DNA from: Iphione sp. A-MEVVRFRX5
Taxonomy: Eukaryota
DNA length: 64,000 nucleotides
Direction of reading: 5' to 3'
Assembly: GCA_976226885.1 (NCBI GenBank)
Contig: OZ320313.1
Location: forward strand, 68,262,001 to 68,326,000
This document shows positions 24,701 to 36,270 of this stretch, in pieces. Each line of letters begins with the position of its first letter. Position 1 is the first letter of the stretch. Under the pieces are notes generated by a model, which was not told where the DNA came from, did not search any database, and saw only the letters and a program-made list of their open reading frames with translations. Position numbers and translations under genes: made by a program.

Positions 24701-27700
24701 AGCGGGTGTCTTCATGGTTTTGAGGAAGGCGTTCAACTCCATTAGCTATACAGCTGTCCTCGAGAAGTTGATGTGCATGGGGACTACTACAGGACTAGGA
24801 CACTTTGAAGTCTATTTATGAGAACGCAGCCGCCTACTAAAGCTTAGGAGGCTGAACCTGAAAGAAAGGGAGGAACATGTGGGGTCCCACAGGGTTCCTT
24901 TCCGGGACCATTAACGTTTATTATTTTCATCAGCAGTGTGCGTCCCATGTGCATGAAGCTACTAAAGAGTGGGTCGATAAATTTGATGCTACTTTATTTC
25001 ATGAGGCAAATGTTACATTCAGAATGATTTGCATCGATTATGAGACAATAACGGGTTGATAGACATTGAAAAGTATGCAGGTGTTTCGATAACATGTTTG
25101 GGGAATGAAGCATTTGCATTTATCACAACTATCTATCACTAGCATAATATATATATATATAGGATGGTAAAATAAACTAAAGAAAGACATGCAGTGCACA
25201 CGCTTATAGAGTAAGCACTTGCATATTATTCATACATGTGTGTTAGATCGTTCATATCTTATGTTTAATCACAAGAATTCTATGAGAATCTCAGCTTTAG
25301 ATTCACTAACATTAGCCCCCCGCCTCTACCTCAAAATAACTGTGATTCCAGTAATATGTTGAAAAATGATAGGGTCGGTAGGTAAGTGGTATTATTTGTT
25401 TTAACATACAAATGTCAGAATGAAAAAAGGACAGTATTTCTTACGCCTATTACTTATACTGCTTCCATGAGTGTACTGCTTTGATAAACCTCATGTCATA
25501 TGAATGCTAAATAATGTATTGTATAAGCCTCTAGCATTATTCATTCAGAAGATATACACAAAACAGTAAAAAATAGAACAAAAATTAGGGTGAGTTGGGT
25601 TACCAAAAATACAGATATATTTTTAGTGGGCCTTATATGATGTGAATGAGATGAAAGGATGCTAAACTTTATTTATGCGTATACATTGAATAAAGAAAAG
25701 GTGTAAACAGTTACACAGACCATTACAAATGTTATTCACACCACCATATATGTTGTCTTTCTGGAGACATAAATGACACAAAGGTAGATCCCTGTGCATG
25801 CAACAACAAAGTAGCGAGCGGCGAATATGCTATCTTCTATCGACCTGCTGCTAATGGCTCCGTCTTGAAACCCTTTCCCCAGTCTTTACGCGAGTAATGA
25901 TCATCTTAGACTTAATCCCACCCACTCTCCCCTGACAGGCGTTTTACATGCTTCATCACTAGGCTAATAATCAAGACTGACCAATTCTGAGCATAGGCAT
26001 CCATCGGCCTATTTTAAAGCCACTAACCTGGCTGGCGGGCTGCCCAGGGCCTTGATGATGCTAATATAACATGATTTATGCCTGTGATCTGTGTAAAAAC
26101 TACCGTTGTCGATCCGAACATAAAACTAAAGCAGATGTGTGAGTGGAGAATGGAGGGTTAGTGACGAGGGGGTGGACGTTTGCGTCACATGCGAACTGCT
26201 AGCTTATCCTATTATTGTAAAAGCCTTTCTTTAGGTGGTCTGGACGTACCTCTCTTCCCGAGCCCACAATTAGAGCAAAGACAGTTTAAGCTAGCACCAG
26301 AGGCCCTTGGTCTCTGCATTAAAACAACGTGCTTCTTATATGGGATCCCTTAAACAACTATCCAGTGGACAAGCAAAATATATTATGTGAGATGAGTTTT
26401 TACTGTTCACTACTGTTCATAAACTCCCATGACAATCGTCATTTGTTACTCTAGTCGTTACTTTCTCTGCGAATAGTATTTTTTTTATTTCTCATTATAA
26501 ATTGAAAAACGCATTGAAAGCACCTTTCTTCTTCCCATGGGAAGACCATTGATTAGCAGGTAATGATTATTGGAGTGTTTATGTGTATAGTATATTTAAA
26601 CACGTGTACATATTTTACGGCTATCATCAATAACAATCAAATCAGATGAATGGTTGTATGAACGGGAAAGGGAAGTAGAGCAAGGCTCTTTATACAGAAT
26701 TACTGAAAGTAACTTTTAAATATATAATAATAATGATGATAATAATAAATCTCTGTCATATATTCAACGTAGGGATCATGGTTCATATTCATCAATTAAT
26801 TGTATCCTATCAGTGGAAGTGTTTTTAATTTTTGATCGATATCTTTTCCAACGACATTAATAAATGTGTCCTAGGTTTGTCATTAAATGGATTAAATTGG
26901 GTATGCCAGCTTCCAGCTTTTCACTTGTCTCATTCCAGGCTTGTATGATTCAAAGCTCATGTCATTTTGAATTGTAGTTATTTTCAAATCTTCAGTCATT
27001 GCACTCAGGCAGAGTGCGCATTATAAAGCGCCTGACAGATTAATGACAATGCATTGAAGTCCCGTCGTTGCATCGCTCACTGTATGGGTGCATAGGACAG
27101 GCCGTAATATACCGAGAAGTGTGAATGATGAATCGGTCTAATTGCCAGTGAACCGTCAGTATCTCTTTGCACTTAGCAAATATATAATCAGTATACGATT
27201 TGTGTGAAAATGGGAGTTCCTTGTAGTAACAAAACTGGTATTACTATACATGAATCGCTCTGTCACAGAGAAATCATAAATAGATAATTTTTGATAATAT
27301 ATAGATATTTACCTGAGACAGTCGAACGTTCTCCTTTCTGTTATCTATTTAGTCCTTGTGCATCTGATATTATTCTCTCTGATGTTTGTGTTGAATTGGA
27401 GCTTAAATTTTAATGATTTCAGCTGTTTCAGCCTTCCTTAAACGGATATTCCTTCATTGTTAAGTTACAATCGCAAGGATCTGTTACTTTTTTTGTATCT
27501 GAACAGTGCGTTCACTTTCATTACTTAACCTTTAAATACTACTAAATCTTGTTTTCACTGCTTCCTCAATATTCTGCCATCCTTTCTCATCCAGCGTTTT
27601 CATCTCTGGTAATGCATGTACCAATGCTTTCTATATACACGAAAAACTGTGGAGAAACGTGTGAAGTGCTATATCAAGCTTTTTAAGTAGTGACTGTTTT

Positions 27701-29219
27701 CAGTTCCCCACAGGATTTTATATAGTGAGCAAGAGCCTGCTTTATTAGCAGTAATACCTTCTATAAATGTCGCTACACATCGGATAAATGTGTCTAGTGC
27801 TTTTATAACCCTAAATGTGCCTCATTACATTGTTGCGTGACTAGAAAGACTATTACAGTAGTAGATTCACTCTAGGATTTTACGATACTTGAAGAAGAGC
27901 TTGGCTTATGGCTTGCAGGACACCAAATGTACAATGAGCGTTCAAATTAAGAGGAAGATAACATCCACGTTTAGAATATCAACGCTATACTAATCTAACT
28001 TATTAAACAGCCTCTGATAATATTACGATATACACTGTCGAAAGTCCACAGCAGCTTAGTTGAATAGCAACGTGCATGTGGCGTAATGACGTACTGCCCG
28101 TGTTGTAAGCTCATTTACGAACCCATTCCATGGAGTCAAGTTCGCATGAAAGACGCATTGTCCGTAACATCAGCTCTCTCTATTCATGTACGCCATACAT
28201 TGTGACTGATGATTACATTTGCGTTTCTGTAGTGCGACTGAGATATAATAGTATCAAAATATACTGGCAGAACAGCGATTATTGTAGGCGTCTTTGTGGA
28301 CGCATTCTAATAAACATAAGACGTAACATATTTTATGTACATGTATATTCAGAATTGGCCAGCTAGATAGCATCTACTTCTCTTAAAATACTATAACTGA
28401 TATCTTGGAGACAACGCCATAATGACCCAGGTTTCCCTAGCCCAGTGCACATGCAATGTAGAGGTTTTTCGAACGGGAAGCAACCAGCATTTCCACCGCA
28501 GTAGTTGTCAGGGAACAAAACAGTACGGCCGGATTCTCTAAATGACTCTTAACGGTAGGTGGCGCCAGAGAGCCTTGTAGACGAAATCGAACTGGGTTTT
28601 GTAGGGATCTCGTTTCCCCTGGCTGTAGCCCGTCTCCGCTGTATTATTCACCTGGACCCGTCATACAAAGGGCATAAAAAATAGGCACGTACACTACCGT
28701 CGACTGTATTTGATTGTGGCCTATAAGGAACTCCATGCAACTTTAATGTGGTCCGCACCCTGCCGACGTGTTTTTGCTTGTTTGAGGCCTTAGTCTTGCA
28801 GATAACCTGCGCAAAAGCGCCTGCTTCTTTTGCGGTAATATATGGCGGTGGTGCCAGAAGCAGATCAACCATGCACAATTAAAATATGTTTCACGAAAAC
28901 CTTTCCTTTGCTCGTAACCTGTGAGCCGATGGAACTACAAGGTGGAAATCTAGAGAAGAATGTAACACGAAGTAGGAATATACTATGGATGTATGCGTTT
29001 ATATACATATAAATAAGAACTAGTATTTAATTATATCATAAGGTTTCCCTGAAGGCCTGATGCATAATGGTGAGCATTCCATGTGAAAATTGGACCTACC
29101 TCTTCCCCACAAGGTTATGCAGTCTTTCATGTAGATCTCATATTCAAAGTTGGTCTTGTGACTGCCTGGTTTGTCGGCCCATGACACATCAGCTTGTCCC
29201 AGTACCCAGAGGTATATGC
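12552..29219 (-). CDS. ARRDC: Alpha-arrestin / arrestin domain-containing protein, partial gene model with 6 coding exons (29219-29100, 21273-21029, 16531-16349, 14228-14049, 13741-13633, 12706-12552); first coding exon not identified
   Basis: Spliced translation has arrestin-N motifs (GIYLWVLGQADVSW; LTAGAHEYNFQFRLPDSLSSSFE; GRVHYLLRARLD) and arrestin-C motifs (CCCCCKSGPISCALRLDRTGYVPGEDI; IPPLPPSRLDGCNLIDIDY; EVTVPIIIGTIPL). All five introns are GT-AG with matching phases (1,0,0,0,1). 992 nt of CDS ending at TGA 12554-12552. Symbol is family level only. Confidence 0.93.
13633..13741 (-). CDS. ARRDC-like coding exon: VGVMPAGVSNPIEVTVPIIIGTIPLAVILPPGMLAK
   Basis: Acceptor catag|GTC, donor AAG|gtcagt, 109 nt, phase 0 to 1. 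Contains the hallmark PI.IGT.PL end of the arrestin-C domain. Not present in the ORF track. Confidence 0.92.
14049..14228 (-). CDS. ARRDC-like coding exon: LVHFHAAGVSKTCC...IPPLPPSRLDGCNLIDIDYVIT
   Basis: Acceptor ttctttcag|TTA, donor ACG|gtaagt, 180 nt, phase 0 to 0. Confidence 0.94.
16349..16531 (-). CDS. ARRDC-like coding exon: ESVQMRRDKYVCCCCCKSGPISCALRLDRTGYVPGEDINLDAEIQNFSRKDITHSYVTMQQ
   Basis: Acceptor tttgtgtag|GAG, donor CAG|gtttgt, 183 nt, phase 0 to 0. Start of the arrestin-C domain. Confidence 0.95.
17139..17300 (+). pseudogene. Short decayed LINE fragment
   Basis: VFRAFVLPYIDQGLAFL resembles LVKTLILPIIEYGLSVL of the 6506-7636 ORF. Confidence 0.3.
19778..19972 (+). pseudogene. 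Decayed LINE fragment (post-RT thumb region)
   Basis: GTAIESIDSYEYLSIRLGNILSTTSH...KLYYF resembles E.V..YKYLG+.+D..L...H. Confidence 0.45.
21029..21273 (-). CDS. ARRDC-like coding exon: EPGQRRPGENSVLTAGAHEYNFQF...LDLNKEHRVS
   Basis: Acceptor ttctttgcag|AG, donor TCC|gtgagt, 245 nt, phase 1 to 0. Lies within ORF 20990-21328. Confidence 0.95.
23072..24110 (+). mobile_element. Probable Penelope-like / retrozyme-like element relic (broken ORF, then hammerhead, then AATAAA); boundaries approximate
   Basis: The hammerhead architecture is characteristic of PLE pseudo-LTRs; AATAAAA about 20 nt downstream; 165-aa low-complexity ORF upstream. No RT or GIY-YIG motif recognised. Confidence 0.45.
24006..24041 (+). 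ncRNA. Minimal type I hammerhead ribozyme (Penelope-like element type)
   Basis: CTC-CTGATGA-A-GACC-AACTGA-GGTC-GAAA-C-GTT-GAG: conserved core CUGAUGA and GAAA, 4-bp stem II, 3-bp stem I (CTC/GAG), stem III reduced to palindromic ACGT, GUU triplet with predicted cleavage after 24038. Confidence 0.8.
24687..24960 (+). pseudogene. Decayed LINE RT fragment in an ARRDC intron
   Basis: GVFMVLRKAFNSISYTAVLEKL (D+.KAFD motif) followed by TCGVPQGSFPGPLTFIIFI. Confidence 0.7.
25315..25632. mobile_element. PIF/Harbinger-type MITE, family A copy 3 (diverged), in an ARRDC intron
   Basis: TTA flanks on both sides; right end GGGTTACCAAAAATACAGATATATTTTTAGTGGGCC; shares AGGGTCGGTAGGTA and CATTATTCATTC(A/T)GAAG with copy 2. 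Confidence 0.75.
29100..29219 (-). CDS. ARRDC-like coding exon (second coding exon by homology): GIYLWVLGQADVSWADKPGSHKTNFEYEIYMKDCITLWGR
   Basis: Acceptor tttgcag|G, donor AG|gtaggt, 120 nt, phase 1 to 1. Matches the arrestin-N G.A.V.W and E.Y motifs. Confidence 0.88.
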
Positions 29220-29832
29220 CTGCAAAGGAAAGGCAATGCAGAATAATATTTCAATTTTATCAAGTGAACCGGAATAAGAAACTATATGCATAAAGATACA
29301 GGTCTATACTGGTCAGATGAAAAACATCTTCAGTCTAATTTAAGTTAGTTGCTGCAGAATGTGCCTTTTGGATCCAAGCTGGTGAAGACTGAAAATATAT
29401 TGACAGATGTGCATTTACATCTTAATTTATAACAAAGTTCTCTTGTGCAATTCGTTACCCTCAGGCTCATTCTGCAAGAAACACCCATCCCTGAAACAAT
29501 AAACTGTGTGATATATGCATCTGATGCAAGATGCTTTAGAGTAGGTAAATGCCCATTTCCTTACACTCAGTTGCGTATATTATATAGATTTACGGGTTAC
29601 TACGATACATCTGTTTGGCTTTCGTTAACGCCTATAGCATAACGCGCAGTGTCGGATTATCTTGATGCGGAATCCGTGTGAGCACAGTCAGAGGTTCTGA
29701 AAGACCGTCTTTATTCACTGGTCGTAAACAACACTTTATATACAAATGGATCCTACTGCGAAAGACAAGACATTCAGCCTAAATGGCATTCGTTCAGTGG
29801 CAGGATTGTCTTCGGCCAAACGACAAAACCAC

Positions 29833-29930
29833 CAAGTTATCTTTCAACAACAAATCTTCAGAATTATCTCCCAGTAATCATTTTTTTCAGATTATCTCCC
29901 ATAAATCAAATCTTCCAGGTTATCGTCAAG
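29833..29930. repeat. Degenerate minisatellite, about 27-nt unit, about 3.5 copies
   Basis: Recurring CAG(A/G)TTATCTCCC and CAAATCTT blocks at about 27-nt spacing. Confidence 0.45.
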
Positions 29931-30639
29931 AAACAATGAACTGAAAAGATTCGTGGAATAGAAAAAAATTATCGATAAATCAATCTGGTGTTCTGACTAT
30001 TCAAAACATTGCTGTTCATTAAAATGTGGCCCATTTTACCCCGGTTACTTATTTCCCACTCATCGGATTTTGATCTATCCAATATTCCTTTATCCTAGTG
30101 TTTTGGCGCTCCTCTCTGTGGTCGAATGAGCGGATTCCTGAGCAACTACACTGTAGAAAGTCCTTCAACACGAGGCTCTTATTGTTGTTTATAAATCACT
30201 TCATTCAGAATGATGGTAGTCAAACAGAGAGTATGATATCGAACATAGGACGGGGCAAAAACGTCCCAACCTTAATGATAAGATTCGTATGAATATGTTT
30301 CAGCTCAAGAGTCATGACGATACAGTAGGTAACGTAAGTACCAGGCTGTGGTTGATATTCGAGAGCTTGCCGTCAGTGATCTTAATGTCGAACATAATTC
30401 ACTCGATCTTCAATTGTTATCAGTTTAGCTGTCACATTGGCTATGCTCTAAGTGCGTTGCTAAAATAAATGTACATTACTTTATCTGCTGATTTGAATTG
30501 AATTAAAAATATTTTACTATCCTACGGTCATTGCGACAGCGATGGTTTTCATAGATAGAATACATTTTACTGTTTATACTGATCATTACTGGTACAGATA
30601 GGGTGATATATGAGATGAACAACAATATAATAGTCATCA

Positions 30640-31530
30640 TCGATAAGCAATAATTGTTTTATATTCTGTTACATTATAATTCTGCACATGGATAATAGTT
30701 CATCCCTATCCATTAGATTTCTAATAAAAGCATTCAAACTATTTCAGGTTTGTAGACCTAAATATGCAATTGATTTTGGCACTTCAATGCTTTTCGCCAA
30801 TGGTAGATATAATGCTCTTCTATCGTTCAGCCTAGTAGTATTGCATCAGACCTTTCTCCTTACAATATCGACGGAAATGGCTCTAAACATCAAATCTGTT
30901 ATTACAATTCTCTTTTTTTTACTTTGTACAGAAGATGTAATCTATCAATTGTGAGTCTCATGTTCCTATGATAGTTTTTCTACCAGATTATATAATGTCC
31001 AATTCTGTCTTCACTGCAATTTTTAGACAGGAGCACAAGTTATAAAAGCATTGCAATAATATATGAGTGGTATCAAAAGGGATTTATATATGAAAATAGT
31101 TTTGAATTCTGTTAGTTGATATCTAACATTTTGTACATATAGTTGTGGGGATGATTTCTTAATTATTCCATCTACATATATTTTCATTGTCAGATCATTG
31201 ACAATTTTCAAACGTAGATATTTGTTCAGTACCATATTCAATATCAAAAGGTTTAACGTACAGGCTATTTGGCAAAAGTCAATTACACAATATGTAGTTA
31301 AAATCATTAACCCTTTGCCACCAGCTTGTATCCCTAAAGGTACACCGTATATGTCAGGTTGTATATTTGTGATGCACCCATTCAATGCCGAGATATATCC
31401 CTGGAGATACACATGTGTCGGACCTTGAAATAAGCCAGGAACTCATTGAATATTATGGATTTGAGCCAAAAGTTTTGTATAAAGGGGTGAATCCATTTCA
31501 GACATTTTGGTAGATTTGTCCATCACAGTA
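30640..31530 (-). pseudogene. Decayed CR1/L2-type LINE RT core to C-terminus
   Basis: YGVPLGIQAG (GVPQG-like), IYKSLLIPLIYYC and LYLPLAKSIEVPKSIAYLG..NSL remnants in the expected order; similar to the 6506-7636 protein. Confidence 0.65.
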
Positions 31531-32692
31531 AACCTAATAGATTTTCACCAGTGTGACATGTGTCATCTGCTGACCGACAACAGACATGGTGGTTCACGGG
31601 CATTATGTTGACTTAATGAGAAATAGATCATATCTTGTTATGGTATAGCGGGAAATGGGAAATGTGACTCAGACGATGGTTTTAGAGTGTAGAATATGCC
31701 TGAATAAATGAATCAGATCCGAGATGGGAAAATTGATGAGTCTGACAGTGACAGGGATATATGAATGGGTTGGCAAAGATCAGGTTGATGAAAGTGATGA
31801 TGATGTATCATTTGATCAGCTTATCCAGTTAACCAAGGTAAAAAGGAATATGATGGTTGGTATATAGAGACGAAAGCTACTGATAACCGTACCAAGTCAG
31901 TGGTGTTTGATGAGATGCAAGTTGGTGTACAACTGGAGTCAGGCCTCACCAAGAACTCCACCCCTCTTGACATCTCAATTTTCATGTCCCTTGATATATT
32001 GAACATCATGGTCAGGAATACTAACCAGAATGCTGAAGCCACTTTTAGAATTGGCCCCATGAGTCAAATGAAGCGGTGGGTTGCCCTAAGAGTGAACGGG
32101 CTGAAAGGGTTTCTTGGACTGGGACATGTTGATGGGAGTCATCACGAAACCGTCCATACAAGATTACTGAGCAGAATATGCTCCGATGGTGACCCTGACC
32201 TTCTCTGCTGTGATGACCAGAGACAGATTCATTTGTATCCTAGGGTATGTATCTTTTGTCTCTATCTGCAGGTAATAAATAGTAACAGATATTCTCATTA
32301 TTATATAATATTCCCACTATGCCAAAATCAAGACTATGATCCACTTCATTTCAGACACTTGCACTTCTACACAACTGAAGGTGCTGCACATGGCACGAAT
32401 GGAGTTTGAAGCTATGGACTCTGGCAGAATCAGAAACAGGTGAAAATAGTAGATTCCATAACCTATAACTGTAACTAGACCGTAACTGCTCTGTGACAAA
32501 ACTGCTACGACAACACTTGGACATTATCATATATATTTTGTGCTCAATCTAAAAGAATATTAAAATTGTATTCCAGGTTATATTGCTCAGGTGATCCTGT
32601 ACATAGGATGCGCTGAAAGGAACATAGTATCACTTCACTTGAAACTACAAAGGGGGCTAAGTGATGCTTCAATCTAGGCAAGGGAGACTGGT

Positions 32693-33485
32693 TTGTTAAT
32701 AAATAGATCAAAAACATACTATCTGGGATTTGGCAAAAATAAACCTTCTGACCTAGCTCTACTTGGATACTGCATATGTAAGGAAAGAGACAGATTCCAG
32801 ATTTCTAGGCCAATGCCTCTAGTTGACTATGTTCTTCCCTTTATTATGAGAAACAAGAAAATAATGGACAACCTACAAATTGAATGTTACAAGTCCTTGA
32901 GGCAACTGTTACTTGGTCCAAAATTTATAAGGAGTGCAATGTATCTTAGGAGGTTAATGGAGATCCAACTATTAAAACAAAGATGTAAAAAACTACTCCT
33001 CTATCTCATACATCGTGTTTTTCTTATTAGGCATCTGCAAAGAGGATGTTGCAAGTACTAGGCAGAGTAGTGCTATTACAATAACTCTAAAGAAACCTAT
33101 AACACCAACGTTCAAGCAGAGCTTCTGGCACTCAGGTATTACTAGTTGGAACTCATTACCTAGTGAGCTAAGATCCTTGCCAGATACACACATATTCAAG
33201 ACACATGGGTTGAAACTCCTGAAGTAATGAACAGTAATAACCATTCCAAGCAACCAAAAGAGAGCACTGTTGTAGCACCAGATGTTTTGATGTCATACTA
33301 CCTCTTAGGGTCTATATTTTCTTGATTTGGTGTTTATCTATTCTTGAATTGGTGCTTATCTCTTATATTTACATAATGTGTTCAATAATTCCACCTCCTA
33401 TGTTACACTGGGAGAACTTCCTGTACACCCTACTTTGCATTGAAAAAGTGTAATAAAATATTTTCAATTTCAGTTTCAATTTTAA
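32693..33485 (+). pseudogene. Decayed LINE 3' end (ORF2 C-terminus, 3' UTR, AATAAA plus TTCAAT-like tail)
   Basis: PITPTFKQSFWHSGITSWNSLPSELRSLPDTHIFK is a typical CR1-type ORF2 terminus; tail aataaaatattttcaatttcagtttcaatt near 33453-33482. Confidence 0.6.
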
Positions 33486-33559
33486 GTACTGGTATGTATC
33501 ACGTAGAGTGGACAATTAAACAGGTTGACATGACTCATAAGAACAGGATACAAGGATCT

Positions 33560-34260
33560 GTAAAAATAAACCAGACTGCACATTGATTTGTACAAAAAAG
33601 GATTTCTTTTCTAGATGATTACATAATTGGTTGAAGACCTCCCTCTCTTATATTTTTGACATTAGGCCTAAAAAAAAGTTCTGTGTTTCAGGTAACCAGG
33701 CAAAAAAAGAAAGGGTCGGTCGGTAGGTAGTACTTTTTTGTATTTTTCTTTTTTTTTAATGTTAATTCAGGTTGGAGGGAGGAAATGTATATGGTTATAT
33801 CACTTCTACTGCTTAGATTTTAAGAAAACTTATATGAAATGAAAGCTAATTGCCTAAGGAGTAATTTGGTGTAAAGAATATGTCTCTATCATTATTCATT
33901 CTGAAGTTATTTAGAAAACAATGAAAAAATAAAAAGTTGCAATTGGCTCTATTGCAGAGTCGGTCTGGTTACCGGAAACACAGGTATTTTTTGTTTAGGC
34001 CTTAGCGGAAGAAGGGATATTGGACGATAATTGTTCAATTGTGTTCTATCGCCACCTTTGTGCAGCAGTTGTTAAATGCATATGTTCATAAGATGATGTA
34101 GATCTTGAATACTTAGTCTCATAGACATTTCAAAGTTTTAAGTGTTAAGACCCGCTATACTGAATGACTTATACATGTTGATACCTTTGACAATTGCTAG
34201 AAGGTCGTCAATCTCACAGAGATGTAGTTCAAATTGAGGAACATCATTCCTGTTGAGGGT
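33560..34260 (-). pseudogene. Decayed LINE RT N-terminal fragment split by MITE family A copy 2
   Basis: Removing the MITE and one TAA gives KGGDRTQLNNYRPISLLPLMSKI*EREVFNQLCNHLEKK, the classic NYRPISLL..SK++E LINE motif. Confidence 0.8.
33665..34001. mobile_element. PIF/Harbinger-type MITE, family A copy 2 (337 bp)
   Basis: TTA|GGCCTAAAAAAAAGTTCTGTGTTTCAGGTAACC ... GGTTACCGGAAACACAGGTATTTTTTGTTTAGGCC|TTA; perfect TTA target duplication; interrupts an old LINE. Confidence 0.92.
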
Positions 34261-35504
34261 ATAGGTAGGTTATTTCTTACTTAATCAATTTTTGCTTTAT
34301 TTAATTTTCTTTCTGCAATTCCTGTAAAACGTCTGTTAAAGACATAAGCAATTTCGTTATTCTTATAAGAATGATTGTTCATGGTAACGGAGATATAAAC
34401 TGTGCATGTAGTGGATTTATTTCAACCACGGATATCTTTTATTACCGACTAAAATTGCTTTGGCCTCCTTCTGCCAGTTCTTAACATAGTGTGAGGATAA
34501 CGGATTTTGTATTTTATAGCGTTGTTCACAGAATTTCTCAAGTACTTTTAAAAAAACTTTCAATATCGCTTTTTTACACTGTATACATGTCTAAATAGCA
34601 TAGAGAAAACACTACAATACTTGTACGAGAGCACTTGTGGAAAAGGGCATGGCGTCCAATGTAGCCAGGTCCTTATTCACTCATAGACAAGTAAACTTGT
34701 CACTAACTTCACGGTAAACTCTGCAAATGTATCACCCTATGACTAAGTAAGATGTGAGAGACACCATTGGGAAAGCAATCTTCATACTTGCTCGGACACT
34801 GCCCACAGGTAAAGCCGTCTATCCTTGTGAAACAGGGGGAAAATACCACAGCGAAGGCAGGTTGACAGCCAGCAGATTACAGGAGTGATTACCACCAGTA
34901 ATCAATCATATCTATAATTCATCCCAGAAAGGCCCGTGTTGAAGGTGAAGGAATTCTTTATTACAGAGGGAGAACAAATGAGGAAGTCTCAGAAATGCAA
35001 CAAAAGTGCATCCACTCCAACGCTGTTAAAATATGGGTTTCCGTCGTAGAGTTCACTAATATCAGTATTCACTGGATAATATCTTAATATGTAGAAGGTG
35101 TGAGAATCTGCTCTACTGACATAGATTAGATTTAAATTTTTTAGTAGAAACTCTTTTCCTTTACATACGGGAGACGACTGGTTACGACTAATCTGAAAAT
35201 AGAGTCAAATGTTCGCTTGTTCTCATTACGAAGGTCAACAGAATCAAACATGTTTACTGGCTATGACATATACCCCTGATAGTCCCATGTGCAAATATAA
35301 AGTCTTACGTCTGTTTAAATACAACTGAAGTTTTTAAAAAGATTTATAAAATGCTCATATAATATATCTTCATCATGGCTATAATCCATCCAAAACCAAT
35401 ACAAAGACGTGGCCATTGACTATATAGCGTGAAACAAACTTTCCAATGTGTTAAATCTTCTTTCCCTGAGAATAATATCTTGAGAGTACACGATCACAGA
35501 TTGC

Positions 35505-35726
35505 TTGGAAAATCAGTATGAAAGAAACGGGCCCAATGGGGACGTCGGGCGCTTCATTCGTGGACCCTGGTTCTTCATCTGTATTGATGACCTCCCTCAG
35601 GCAGTGACCCACGGCTGCAGTCCTGTACATGCTAACAATACAGATTTATATCGCAGGAAAAACTGTAGCATAGATGGTGATTACACTGGTTGGTATCAGT
35701 ATGATTTAAAATTCATTGCTGGCTAA
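35505..35726 (+). pseudogene. Decayed LINE RT fragment
   Basis: RGPWFFICIDDLPQAVTHGCSPVHANNTDLY resembles LGPLLF.+YINDLP.....+YADDT.LY. Confidence 0.5.
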
Positions 35727-36049
35727 ATTCAAGACGTTGACGTGAATAAACGTTATAGTTTTAAGTTAATCCCATGCTCATCTCCTATCTGACCGCCGGT
35801 TTCTTCTTTCCAAAAGTTTTCCCCTAAATGTTTCATCATGAACAGTTTCCTAATTTGCAAGCGGTATTATGCATTCTGTTGCATCTACTTTAGAGCACCA
35901 TTTTCTAACTTTTATTTCATTTATAACCAGCCATGCAACATGATGGCACCGCAACTGCATCCAATTGAGTGGAAACCATACCTTCGCTGTGGTTCCATGA
36001 GTCCGTCTATATGTCACTATGATAACCCTGTCTATGGGCCAGACAAGCT

Positions 36050-36270
36050 ATCTTCGATGGCATGTAGGCTCTTAAGCTTCAGTAGTCTCAATAATCTCAA
36101 TAGTTCTTACTATTCAGGGAGACACTGAACCAATCACTCAGGACAATCTCCATGGGGTACCATCTCAGTCTACAATAAGCGCAATAGATTCTGACAGTCT
36201 AATAAAGTCACGATTCACCAAACTGAATGAGAGAGACATTTCAACAAAAACAACTGATGCAATAGGTTTC
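36050..36270 (-). pseudogene. Decayed LINE RT fragment
   Basis: SVVFVEMSLSFSLVNRDFIRL resembles AVFLD+SKAFDTV.H.+L; several stops. Confidence 0.35.
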
